Assembly: GCA_004524545.1 (NCBI GenBank)
Contig: SDNX01000001.1
Location: 23,270 to 87,269, forward strand
From: Promethearchaeota archaeon
GTDB taxonomy: Archaea; Asgardarchaeota; Lokiarchaeia; Sigyniarchaeales; Promethearchaeaceae
Length of the DNA: 64,000 nucleotides
Direction of reading: 5' to 3'
Shown here piece after piece: positions 10,230 to 19,369 of the stretch. How positions within the stretch are numbered: position 1 is the first letter of the stretch; each line of letters begins with the position of its first letter. Made by a program: the position numbers and the translations under genes. The notes below the pieces were generated by a model. The model did not search any database. It saw only the letters and a program-made list of their open reading frames with translations, and was not told the origin of the DNA.

Positions 10230-11651
10230 ATGTCCGAAGATTACAATTATCTATTCAAAAATATTGTCGTAGGTGATGGTGGTTGCGGCAAAACAGCTTT
10301 AGTTGTTAGATTTAGTCAGGGCTATTTTTTAGAACAATATAAGTTGACGATCGGTGTGGAGTTTGCCGTAAAGACGATTACAATCAAGGACGGCGTCCGA
10401 GTCAAGCTTCAGATATGGGATACGGGAGGTCAAGAGCGTTTCATGTATGTCAGACCACTTTACTATCGGGGTGCAATGGGGGCACTCTTACTTTTCGATC
10501 TCACTAATCGTGAATCCTTTGATCATATCCCAAAATGGATTGAAGAAGTGAAAAGCAATGCAGGAGAAATTCCCATGTTACTTGTTGGAAATAAATCCGA
10601 TTTACTAAGCGAACGCTCTGTTTCACGCCAAGAAGCTGAATCTTTTGCAAAGGAATTCCAACTATATTATATAGAAAGTTCAGCAAAGGACGGCACAGGC
10701 GTAGGAGATGTATTTGCAATTCTCTCTTGTTTAATGGTAGGAACTCCTGTTCCAAACGAGTATTTACAAGGAATCAAATTAACCGATACGACTGGTAAAG
10801 TTATGGGACAGCAGATACAAACAATAGCCACTCCTGCACCAACACCATCATTTTCACCAACTCCTGAACCGATGGAATTTGTGGAAATCCCTACTCCTCC
10901 ACCTAAACAAGAACTAAAACCCGCTCCAAGACAAACGGAAGAATGGAGTGTTCCCTCAATACCTTCTCCACAACCCCCTCCTGCTCGGACATATCAAGAA
11001 CCTATGCCATCAATGAGTGAAATTGAAGATTCTATTCCTCCCGTGCCTAAGAAAACTGATCTTTCTGATTCGGGTCCAATTGTATTTGACACACCAGCAA
11101 CTGCTGCGCCTCACCAATCATCCAATACAATTACCGCACCCCCTCCATTAGTATTTTCACCAGAGGAAGAAGCTCCAAAGGAGTCAAGGGCACCATCAAA
11201 CGCAAAACCTGCTACACCCCCAATACTTTTTCCAAACGCTCAACCTGCTGCAGCTCCATCCGGATTTACTCCTAAGTCTATACCCCCTGAGAAAGTCCCG
11301 TTTAAGAAAGAAACAGGTTTAGAACAAGTTTCCACTCCGAAAGCTATTGATAATTTACTTGGAGCGCTGCACACGAGACCTCAATCATCTAGTTCAGCCC
11401 CATCATTTTTTGGGGGTTCCGGTTCATCCTTCAAGAAGAGTTCAAAACCTTCTGTATTTATCCCCGAGGTTAAAATGGAACCGAAGATAATTGAACCATC
11501 ACCCACTCTCGTTCCAGAGTCAGCGAAGAGGAAGAAAGATAAGAAACTCCGGGGAAAGAAGAATAAAAGCATCGTCATTTGCGGTACTTGTGGTGCAATT
11601 CTAAGTGCTAGTTACAAATTCTGTAATAAATGCGGCAGTTCCGTAAAATAA
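10230..11651 (+). CDS. Ras/Rab-like small GTPase with ~300-aa Pro-rich disordered linker and C-terminal zinc ribbon
   Basis: G1 GDGGCGKT, G3 WDTGGQE, G4 GNKSD, G5 SAK in first 170 aa; then PTPxP-rich low complexity; terminal CGTCGAILSASYKFCNKCG. Confidence 0.8.
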   Translation: MSEDYNYLFKNIVVGDGGCGKTALVVRFSQGYFLEQYKLTIGVEFAVKTITIKDGVRVKLQIWDTGGQERFMYVRPLYYRGAMGALLLFDLTNRESFDHIPKWIEEVKSNAGEIPMLLVGNKSDLLSERSVSRQEAESFAKEFQLYYIESSAKDGTGVGDVFAILSCLMVGTPVPNEYLQGIKLTDTTGKVMGQQIQTIATPAPTPSFSPTPEPMEFVEIPTPPPKQELKPAPRQTEEWSVPSIPSPQPPPARTYQEPMPSMSEIEDSIPPVPKKTDLSDSGPIVFDTPATAAPHQSSNTITAPPPLVFSPEEEAPKESRAPSNAKPATPPILFPNAQPAAAPSGFTPKSIPPEKVPFKKETGLEQVSTPKAIDNLLGALHTRPQSSSSAPSFFGGSGSSFKKSSKPSVFIPEVKMEPKIIEPSPTLVPESAKRKKDKKLRGKKNKSIVICGTCGAILSASYKFCNKCGSSVK

Positions 11652-11654
11652 ACC

Positions 11655-11678
11655 CTTTTCCTTTTATTTTTATTTTTC
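11655..11678 (+). terminator. T-rich tract (archaeal oligo-T termination signal) downstream of GTPase gene
   Basis: ccttttccttttatttttatttttc directly after stop codon. Confidence 0.3.
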
Positions 11679-11724
11679 AGCTCTAAGAGTATGTAGTTAT
11701 TTTCAGAAAAAGAGGTAATTTTGA

Positions 11725-11809
11725 AGCAGAGGGAGGGAATTGAACCCCCGATATCAGGCTATCTGCCGGCAATCTGCAGGCCTGCGCACGGCCACTATGC
11801 GACCTCTGC
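11725..11809 (-). tRNA. tRNA-Cys (anticodon GCA) containing a 13-nt intron at canonical 37/38 position; CCA not encoded
   Basis: Hand-folded from reverse complement: acceptor GCAGAGG/CCTCTGC, D-stem GCAT/GTGC, anticodon stem CAGGC/GCCTG, loop CTGCAG+intron ATTGCCGGCAGAT+A, T-stem GGGGG/CCCTC, T-loop TTCAATT, discriminator U (typical of tRNA-Cys). Confidence 0.7.
11761..11773 (-). other. tRNA intron (13 nt, bulge-helix-bulge context) within tRNA-Cys
   Basis: 20 nt lie between anticodon-stem halves instead of 7; 3' part of insert (GCAG) pairs with loop CTGC giving BHB-like helix. Confidence 0.55.
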
Positions 11810-11980
11810 ACGATTAATTTTGGTAGTTAGGGTATATGAACACTTTGTAATAATTTTTATGAATTTACAGACTCTTTTAAGAATTGCTTCATCTGGGCTT
11901 TCTGTATGCACCCGAAAAGATCATCTATATATCCTCATTTAACCAATAGAATGGTATCTTATATTTGGAATGAAAAGGAA

Positions 11981-13567
11981 ATGAAAGACGAAGAAAAATA
12001 TATCTTGTCCATTGATCATGGAACATCTGGAATGAAAACGGCTATTATATCTACCAAAGGGGAATTAAAAGGATTTAATTTTGCGGAATGCGGATTATAC
12101 CATCCTGAACTAGGCGCTGCGGAACAATCTACTTCAGAATGGTGGGATGCAGTCAAGAAAACTACCCATAAATTAATTGACCAAGTTGAATTTCCTGTTG
12201 AGGACATTATTGCGGTTGTTTCAAGCAATCAAATGTCTGGAACAGTTCCAATCGCGAAGGACGGGACCCCTCTCCATAACTGCCTGACTTGGATGGATAC
12301 ACGTGGTGCACCGATGGTTAAGAAAATGATGCCAGGGCTGATTAAAATCGAGGGATATGGACTACGTCATCTCATGCAATATTTACCAAAAACTGCAGGA
12401 ATGCCCACAATGGGTGGAAAAGATCCTATTGCCCATATGTTATGGTTTAAGCACAAACAACCGGAAATATACAAGAAAACCTGGAAGTTTCTTGATACTA
12501 AAGATTATTTGAATTTTGTAATGACGGGAAAAACAGTTTCTTCTTGGGATATGGCAACTCTAACATGGATGTTGAATACCAAAGACCCAAATAATGTATA
12601 CCAAGATCCTGTGTTAATGAAGAAAAGCCGAATCGATAAAGATAAAATTCCAGAAATCCAACCTGCAACCTACAATCTTGGACCAATACTTCCAAAAATC
12701 GCAGATGAATTAGGATTAAATAGGAACACTCAAGTGATATTAGGAGCGGGAGATATTGCCTCAGCGGGTGTAGGGTCTGGTTCTGTATTAGAACATCAAG
12801 GGCATGTCTATGTAGGATCATCTTCTTGGGTATATACGCATATTCAGAAGCGAACGTTAGATATTGATCATATGATTAGCTCTCTTCCTTGCGCAATTCC
12901 CGGAATGTATATGTTCTTTGGAGAACAAGAATCCGCAGGAATTACACTAACATGGATGCGGGATAAAGTACTCTATCACAAAGACGAATTACTAGTCGAT
13001 GAAAAGGTTCCTGATGTCTACAAGATATTTGATAAATTAGTCGCTGAGATTGATCCTTTAGATAATAAGGTAATATTCACACCCTGGATGTTTGGAGAAC
13101 GAGCACCCGTAGAAGACCATACCATTCGTGCGTCATTGAATAACATCAGTTTGGATATTGATAGACGACATGTATTGCGTGCAATATTCGAAGGAGTAGC
13201 CTTCAATGCAAGATGGTTATTGGATGCGATGGAAGGTAAAATGAAAGTACGTTTAGATCCCCTTGCATTCATCGGAGGTGGGGCTAATTCTCCTGTTTGG
13301 GCTCAGATTTTTGCAAATGTATTAAATCATAAAGTTAAGCGTGCCAAACACCCAACTGAAGCTAATAGTTTTGGTGCAGCATTTATTGCAATGATTTCAT
13401 TGGGATATGCTGAGTGGAAGGACATCCCAAATATTGTCCAATATGCGGATGAATATATTCCTCAAAAAGAATATTTAAGCCATTATAACACCTTATTCAA
13501 GGAATATTTGGGAATTTATGAACGAAACCACAAAATGTATCGAAGACTAAACAAGTTTGAGGATTAA
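11981..13567 (+). CDS. FGGY-family carbohydrate kinase (xylulokinase/glycerol kinase-like)
   Basis: N-terminal LSIDHGTSGMK, C-terminal GGGANSPVWAQIFANVL FGGY signature; ORF opens at 11906 but ATG at 11981 preceded by aaggaa gives canonical N-terminus. Confidence 0.8.
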   Translation: MKDEEKYILSIDHGTSGMKTAIISTKGELKGFNFAECGLYHPELGAAEQSTSEWWDAVKKTTHKLIDQVEFPVEDIIAVVSSNQMSGTVPIAKDGTPLHNCLTWMDTRGAPMVKKMMPGLIKIEGYGLRHLMQYLPKTAGMPTMGGKDPIAHMLWFKHKQPEIYKKTWKFLDTKDYLNFVMTGKTVSSWDMATLTWMLNTKDPNNVYQDPVLMKKSRIDKDKIPEIQPATYNLGPILPKIADELGLNRNTQVILGAGDIASAGVGSGSVLEHQGHVYVGSSSWVYTHIQKRTLDIDHMISSLPCAIPGMYMFFGEQESAGITLTWMRDKVLYHKDELLVDEKVPDVYKIFDKLVAEIDPLDNKVIFTPWMFGERAPVEDHTIRASLNNISLDIDRRHVLRAIFEGVAFNARWLLDAMEGKMKVRLDPLAFIGGGANSPVWAQIFANVLNHKVKRAKHPTEANSFGAAFIAMISLGYAEWKDIPNIVQYADEYIPQKEYLSHYNTLFKEYLGIYERNHKMYRRLNKFED

Positions 13568-13896
13568 TCTTTCTTTTCTTTCTTTTTTGTAAATCGATTA
13601 ACGTCTCTAGTTTGATATTTTTCCATAGATAAAGAAATAGCTTTATCTAACGAGATGTTGTAGGAATTTGCTATGCAGATGACTGCATAAAATAGATCCC
13701 CAAGTTCAGATTCTAAGGATTTCGTGGGTTCATCAGTTTTTTTTATTTTTGTTGAGGTGAGGTGCATCAGTTCGCGGGATAATTCTCCCAATTCTTCCAT
13801 AACGGCGGCTAACATACCTAACGGAGACCAATACCCACTGTTTTTTTGGATCCATTCGTCTACGGATCGCTGGATCTCATCTAAACTTCGTCCCAT
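13564..13896 (-). CDS. MazG-like nucleoside triphosphate pyrophosphohydrolase (small all-alpha NTP-PPase)
   Basis: 110 aa; EELGELSRE...LGDLFYAVICIANSYNISLD pattern of MazG/HisE-type NTP pyrophosphatases; 22 nt downstream of NrdD-like gene. Confidence 0.65.
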   Translation of the reverse strand: MGRSLDEIQRSVDEWIQKNSGYWSPLGMLAAVMEELGELSRELMHLTSTKIKKTDEPTKSLESELGDLFYAVICIANSYNISLDKAISLSMEKYQTRDVNRFTKKKEKKD

Positions 13897-13918
13897 AAGA
13901 GAAAAGAGAAATTGTATA

Positions 13919-15997
13919 TTATAATGTTATTCGTTTTCGTTCTTCATATTCTTGTTTTTTACCTGTATTCCATAACTCTAGAGGGGCATAATAATTTGTA
14001 ATTTTGGAAATACGCTTGATAATTTGGTTTTGAGCATCTTCAGGAATAATTTTCCCAAAATATCCGCTAATAGGTGCGGAAAAGAAATCAAAATTATAGG
14101 AAAATATGTTTACTCCTTGGTCAAGTAGGGATAGGGTTTGAGTTTTTAATACATCCACATTCTCGTTTTGTAAAGAATTACTTAACCAGATGGGTAAGGC
14201 GGTGTTATTTTGAACGATTTTTGATGCATGCACATGAATTTCACTTCTCTTCGAAAGAGGAATGTCTAAAGAATAATTTCCATGGGCTGAGGGAGTATAA
14301 TACACTGCTTCCGTTTCGTAATTTCCATTAATTACTGATTTGGAATGATTTGGATAGTGTGTAAGGTCTAATAATGCAAATCGGTGGGTTGCAAATTCGG
14401 CGGGTTCTTCCCAGACAGTAAAGAATTTATTATTAGTTATTGTATATTGCTGGGCTCGTTCAGTCAAAAATCGCAAAATTTTCATCCCAAATTCTAATGA
14501 ACTATTATTTTCATGAAGATAATCATTCGTATGCACTTTCACCATCTCTTCTAGACCAATATACCCGAATAATAATGCTTGGCGATTTAAATCCAATAGG
14601 GGTTGGTTGTCTACTAACTCGTTACACAAAGGTAATCGTTCATTTTTAAGTAAGGTTTCGATGATTTTGTGTTTGACAAGTAAAATCTCTCGTGATAAAT
14701 CCATGCGCTCGCCAAGCAACTCAAATGCTCTATCATCGTTTCCGTTTGCTTCATAAGCGATTCTTGGGAGATTAATAGAAATACTTTGCAATCCACCCAG
14801 ATTCACATAATGTTTATCCCAATTGAATAAATCAGGACTTTCAATACTTTGTAAATATTGATCTTTATAGTCATTTGAAAAAATAGATCCTAGATATCCT
14901 TTTTGTATCCACGAATTTTCACTGTTAATAAAAACGGGAGTACCCATAGTGGCGGTTTCCGTAAATAAATTGAATGAAATATCACGATTTTTAAGATCCT
15001 TAGGAGATATCAAAACTTTATGTTTTGGGAACGCAAACAAGCGATTTCGGGCATCTCCTTGGGTGAAAACCTTTGATAGTGCATTGAAGAAAAATAAGTT
15101 TTCTTTTTCATAGTCTTTATATTTACCTTGTACCGTTCCTTTCGGACCGATTGCGTCAACATTCTTTAAGAATTCAGGGATGTGAGGGCTACAAATAATG
15201 GACGATATAGGAACATATGAACCTCGAGAGAGATACTGTTGATTTAGTTCAAACAAAAAGGTTTGAGCAAGTTGGGTGATTTCCGAAAGAGGAAGCTTGC
15301 TTAAGTAGGGCGCAAGAAACGTATTGAAATAGAAATAAGTTTGTTCTCCCGAAAACTCCGAATTTACGAATGCAAACCATTTACATGCTTGTAATACAGC
15401 TACCATTGCATTTTTTGCAGGACCAGACATAGTGAAATTTAAATATCCTGTTGGAGGAATTCCATATTTCAGAATCATACGTAAATCCCATGATTGGGAG
15501 AACGGTCTCATATCAAAGTATCGAAGCGAGTGAATGTGAATATCTCCAGATAAATGACCACGTGCCTGATCATTTGAGAGCAATTTCAATAATGCATATT
15601 CTGAGGCTAGCTGTCCAGCTGCCCAACGATGAATATTTTCAGGTGCATTATATTCTACGGATCGTGGATTAAAGTCTGCTTGTAGAAGAATTTCATAATC
15701 CGCAATAGGCATTCCTATACGGGTGTACTTTTTTCGGGCTGTTTCATAACTCAACTCACTTAATGCAGAACACACAAGTTCTCGTATATGGGGTCCAGAT
15801 AGAAAACGAATTCCAGACGCAATTATTCTTCTTACTACCAACTCTGTTACTTTTTTTGCATCAACGGGGGCTAATTCGGCTTCTTTCACAATGGATTCGA
15901 GGATGCTTTTTGGATTAAATTTCTGTACATCTCCCGTACTCATGAATACCTCGGGTAGTAATTTATGGACGTAATCGGAGTTTTCTTTATCTGACAT
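13919..15997 (-). CDS. ATP-cone domain protein related to class III (anaerobic) ribonucleotide reductase NrdD, apparently lacking glycyl-radical Gly and Zn ribbon
   Basis: N-terminal ATP cone (GDVQKFNPKSILESIVKEA); C-terminal KITNYYAPLELWNTGKKQEYEERK resembles NrdD R-[IV]-[TC]-G-Y-Y...W-N-x-G-K-x-x-E...R tail but with Asn in place of radical Gly and no CxxC pairs upstream. Confidence 0.45.
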   Translation of the reverse strand: MSDKENSDYVHKLLPEVFMSTGDVQKFNPKSILESIVKEAELAPVDAKKVTELVVRRIIASGIRFLSGPHIRELVCSALSELSYETARKKYTRIGMPIADYEILLQADFNPRSVEYNAPENIHRWAAGQLASEYALLKLLSNDQARGHLSGDIHIHSLRYFDMRPFSQSWDLRMILKYGIPPTGYLNFTMSGPAKNAMVAVLQACKWFAFVNSEFSGEQTYFYFNTFLAPYLSKLPLSEITQLAQTFLFELNQQYLSRGSYVPISSIICSPHIPEFLKNVDAIGPKGTVQGKYKDYEKENLFFFNALSKVFTQGDARNRLFAFPKHKVLISPKDLKNRDISFNLFTETATMGTPVFINSENSWIQKGYLGSIFSNDYKDQYLQSIESPDLFNWDKHYVNLGGLQSISINLPRIAYEANGNDDRAFELLGERMDLSREILLVKHKIIETLLKNERLPLCNELVDNQPLLDLNRQALLFGYIGLEEMVKVHTNDYLHENNSSLEFGMKILRFLTERAQQYTITNNKFFTVWEEPAEFATHRFALLDLTHYPNHSKSVINGNYETEAVYYTPSAHGNYSLDIPLSKRSEIHVHASKIVQNNTALPIWLSNSLQNENVDVLKTQTLSLLDQGVNIFSYNFDFFSAPISGYFGKIIPEDAQNQIIKRISKITNYYAPLELWNTGKKQEYEERKRITL

Positions 15998-16165
15998 GAA
16001 TTGTATTACCTAGCTCTTTGTCTTCTTTGTTTGTTTAGTGCGAATAAGGAAAAATGTCGGTGATTTTGAGAGTAATAATGTTTTCAACCGTCTCCCATTA
16101 GCAATACTACTTTTCCACACAATCAATATTAATCTTATCTCAAAAAAGAAATATCTGATTAATAT

Positions 16166-17497
16166 CTAGAGATGGTTAAGAATTTCTTGCACAGAATTGA
16201 GTAGACTCGAAGTTGGCACTTGAGATTGAGTACCATCAATCATATTTTTTAAAGTAACCATTTTTTCATCCAGCTCTTGTTTACCTAAAATTAAACATAT
16301 AGGAATATTTAAAGAGCTGGCTAGTCCTAATGAATCCCTTATATTTCGATCAAGAGAAAAATCACAATTTATTCCTCCTTTGCGAAGTTTGGTTATAATT
16401 GGAATTAAAGATTCCCCAGGAATTTTAACAGGGATTAGTAAGACCTCTACTGATGTCTCTTTTTTACTGATAATTGGATATTTCTCAGGACTCTGCATTA
16501 TTTCAGTCAAAATTACATCTACACCTATGGAAATCCCGACTGCAGGATATATCTTATCTCTATCGATAAATTTTCCAATGATTTTATCATACCGTCCACC
16601 CCCAGCAATAGAGCTCGTAATCGTAGATTTTTTGAAAAACGCTTCGAATACAGGTCCCGTATAGATCTCCAATCCTCGAGCAAGTTCAGGACGGAATTTT
16701 ACTTTCCCGGCTATTTTCATATCTTTGCAATAGAATAAAATGGTTTTAACTTCAGATAATCCTTCCAACGCTAAAGGATTGGTAAGATTTTTCTCAAGAA
16801 ACTCAATTTTCTGTTGATTGGAACCCTTTATATTTAGATTTTTAAAAATTTGTTCACATGTGGTGATTCCTATCCCTCGGTCAACGAGTTCATCTTGAAC
16901 TCCTTTCATTCCAATTTTTTTTAATTTATCAATACTAAGAATGATTTTTGAAGCGAGATCTTCACTAGTTACCCCAATTTCCTGTAAAATTCCAAAGAGT
17001 AGTTTTCTACTGTTTAGTTCAACATAAATATCAAAACCGAGTTTTTCCGCTGCACCCAATACAATTGCAATACATTCCGCATCAAAAATCAGCGACTCAG
17101 ATCCAACCATATCGGCATCTAATTGAAAAAATTCTCGATATCTACCAATTTTTATAGGACCATCTCGAAAGACTTTACCGAATTCGTATCTTTTGAAAGG
17201 AAGTATCAGATCGGGATTCATCCCTACATATCTACTAAAAGGAACTGTTAGATCATAGCGTAATGCCAATTCTCTTTTGCCATTATCTTGAAATGTGTAC
17301 ATTTCTTTGAGAATTTCTGCACCGCCTCCATATTTGGATGCTAAAATATCTTGGAATTCCATTATTGGGGTTTCAAGTGGATTATACCCATATATCTCAA
17401 ACTCTTCGGTAAATGCCCGAACTATCGAATTCTGAATGAGTTTTTCTTTGATATTTAAATCGCGGGTTCCTTTAAGATTACGAAGATTTTGAGGCAT
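16166..17497 (-). CDS. hisS: Histidine--tRNA ligase
   Basis: Class II aaRS motifs incl. SIAGGGRYD motif 3; 443 aa with C-terminal anticodon-binding domain. Confidence 0.9.
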   Translation of the reverse strand: MPQNLRNLKGTRDLNIKEKLIQNSIVRAFTEEFEIYGYNPLETPIMEFQDILASKYGGGAEILKEMYTFQDNGKRELALRYDLTVPFSRYVGMNPDLILPFKRYEFGKVFRDGPIKIGRYREFFQLDADMVGSESLIFDAECIAIVLGAAEKLGFDIYVELNSRKLLFGILQEIGVTSEDLASKIILSIDKLKKIGMKGVQDELVDRGIGITTCEQIFKNLNIKGSNQQKIEFLEKNLTNPLALEGLSEVKTILFYCKDMKIAGKVKFRPELARGLEIYTGPVFEAFFKKSTITSSIAGGGRYDKIIGKFIDRDKIYPAVGISIGVDVILTEIMQSPEKYPIISKKETSVEVLLIPVKIPGESLIPIITKLRKGGINCDFSLDRNIRDSLGLASSLNIPICLILGKQELDEKMVTLKNMIDGTQSQVPTSSLLNSVQEILNHL

Positions 17498-17532
17498 TCT
17501 TATCCCTAGTTTAAAAAATTAAGTTACAATTA

Positions 17533-17871
17533 TTACCATTGATAAGCAGCGAGAACGAAAATTGCTATAATCCCAACTAATGCTATGGAAATATAGTAGG
17601 TCTGGAACAAATTCTTCCTTCGTGCAGGAGTTGCTTGAATCTGATAACTTAAACCGAAACTTAATCCTGTACCAATCATACAGAACAACCCAATTAACAA
17701 GGATTCATCTGTCAGACCTCCAAATAAACCATTTCCTAATGTAAGTCCTCGAATTGCAATGATCAGAACATCAATGAGTAGTATACCAACAAAAAACCAT
17801 GATTGAAATTGCATGATTTTCAAGAATCGATCAGGTTCTTCTTCTGGGGTTTTGGGGCTCTTAGTTGCCAT
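17533..17871 (-). CDS. Small membrane protein (3 TM)
   Basis: 112 aa hydrophobic; tightly spaced within PAN-to-hisS minus-strand gene string. Confidence 0.4.
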   Translation of the reverse strand: MATKSPKTPEEEPDRFLKIMQFQSWFFVGILLIDVLIIAIRGLTLGNGLFGGLTDESLLIGLFCMIGTGLSFGLSYQIQATPARRKNLFQTYYISIALVGIIAIFVLAAYQW

Positions 17872-17886
17872 AAACTTTCAACTTTT

Positions 17887-18381
17887 TTACTGTGTTTTTA
17901 ATTTTAGTATAGCTCGTGCAAGATCTCCTTCTGCTTCAATAAGTGCTTTTTCCGCTTTTTTTTCACTTACACCTGCTTGAGCAGCTACAATCGCAATGTC
18001 TTCATTACGAATTTCTACTCCACCAGAGGATTCTACATCATATTCCTCGAATTCTTCGTAGTCTTCTGATTCCTCTGATTCCTCACTATATCCTTCATCA
18101 TATGAAGAAGGTTCACGCTCCACAGGGTCCCCTAGGATTTGATGAATTTTCATTCCCCCTTGTGACAGTTGCATAACTTGTGGGTTTTCTATCACGATAT
18201 CTTTATCGGGACATTGGATGATTACACGCGTTGCATTAATTTCATTTACATTATCGATGCCTTGTTTTTGCATTTGTCGTCTCATTGCGCGAGAAGAGGA
18301 GGCTGCTGATTGTGAAGATGGTTTTACCTTCTGCATTTTTTCCTTTTTCTTATCGAGTAATTCTTTTGGTAACTTGGGCAT
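17887..18381 (-). CDS. Nascent polypeptide-associated complex alpha subunit (NAC domain + C-terminal UBA) with acidic insert
   Basis: ORF track opens at 18534 but ATG at 18381 (MPKLPKELL) gives canonical NAC; NAC domain TRVIIQCPDKDIVIENPQV, UBA EDIAIVAAQAGVSEKKAEKALIEAEGDLARAI. Confidence 0.75.
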   Translation of the reverse strand: MPKLPKELLDKKKEKMQKVKPSSQSAASSSRAMRRQMQKQGIDNVNEINATRVIIQCPDKDIVIENPQVMQLSQGGMKIHQILGDPVEREPSSYDEGYSEESEESEDYEEFEEYDVESSGGVEIRNEDIAIVAAQAGVSEKKAEKALIEAEGDLARAILKLKTQ

Positions 18382-18445
18382 AATAATCAATGAGCTTAAT
18401 TTAATCAAAGAAAATATGGAATAGAATAAAATGGTTTTGGTAACA

Positions 18446-18961
18446 TTAACTGATCTTTGGAATTCCTTTTCGAACTGCAACAGCTTGGCCAACAAATAGT
18501 CCCGCATAAGAAGGAGGGACAGACAATTTACCAAGCCCTACAAGGTCATCTTGTTCATTTACAACTAAAACTTCGCACCCTATTCGTAGGTTTTCTTCAA
18601 TTTGAATAACGTGATGAGAAAAAACGGATTTTCCCTCTCGAATGAAATCCTCAACTTCCGATTTGATGATGACACGATGTTTGGGACTCGAAGAATGTGA
18701 GTGTAGTAATTTTGCTCCTAATAAGGAGAGAGAAAACATTCCTGTAGTAGGTTTGTAGGAAAGTAATCGCTCTTTCTTAAGAAAGACATATTTCATATTA
18801 CCTGTATTCCGAGAAAACTCAATGTTTATATTATCAGAGGTTAAGATCTGCTCAAAAACATCAGTTTCAAATTGAAATTGTAGGATAGCGAGAATTTTTT
18901 TAAGAATTCTAGATTTTGATTTATTGATATCCAGATCTAAACGGTCTTTTGAAAGGGGCAT
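18446..18961 (-). CDS. PUA-domain protein, Nip7-like (ribosome biogenesis) homolog
   Basis: C-terminal PUA-like GCEVLVVNEQDDLVGLGKLSVPPSY...GQAVAVRKG; length ~170 aa as archaeal Nip7; start at ATG 18961 (MPLSKDRL). Confidence 0.45.
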   Translation of the reverse strand: MPLSKDRLDLDINKSKSRILKKILAILQFQFETDVFEQILTSDNINIEFSRNTGNMKYVFLKKERLLSYKPTTGMFSLSLLGAKLLHSHSSSPKHRVIIKSEVEDFIREGKSVFSHHVIQIEENLRIGCEVLVVNEQDDLVGLGKLSVPPSYAGLFVGQAVAVRKGIPKIS

Positions 18962-18971
18962 GGTTATTCCT

Positions 18972-19331
18972 TTATTCTCGTGGTTCATATTCAGGTCTAT
19001 AGGGATAAAATACCTCGATTAATTCCGTATCCTCAAGGATCTTTGCACCATGCATTTCTTCTGCCTCAAAAACATAACTATCTCCTTGAGTCGCAATGAA
19101 CTCATAGTCTTTTTGGTCCGATAAAAATTGAATTTTTCCCGAAATAATGTATCCGATTTGGACATTAGGATGATTATGGAGTGGAATATCAGAGTCTTTT
19201 TCAAGCTGAAAGAAACACAACATAGTATCTTGATTATACGCTAAAGTTTTTCGAAATATTCCAGGTAATGCTTCCAAAGGAGCAATATCTTTAACATTTA
19301 TAGGATTCAGGGTTTTAATTTTTTCGTCCAT
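18972..19331 (-). CDS. Cupin-2 domain protein
   Basis: HNHPNVQIGYIISGKIQF ... GDSYVFEAEEMHG two-motif cupin signature; 119 aa. Confidence 0.65.
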   Translation of the reverse strand: MDEKIKTLNPINVKDIAPLEALPGIFRKTLAYNQDTMLCFFQLEKDSDIPLHNHPNVQIGYIISGKIQFLSDQKDYEFIATQGDSYVFEAEEMHGAKILEDTELIEVFYPYRPEYEPRE

Positions 19332-19369
19332 ACAATGAGGTACACACGGAAGTAAAAAAAGAGTGGGGA

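Noticed and set aside
11721-11942. 73-aa plus-strand ORF
   Set aside because: Overlaps the minus-strand tRNA-Cys almost entirely; GC-rich tRNA sequence creates an open frame by chance
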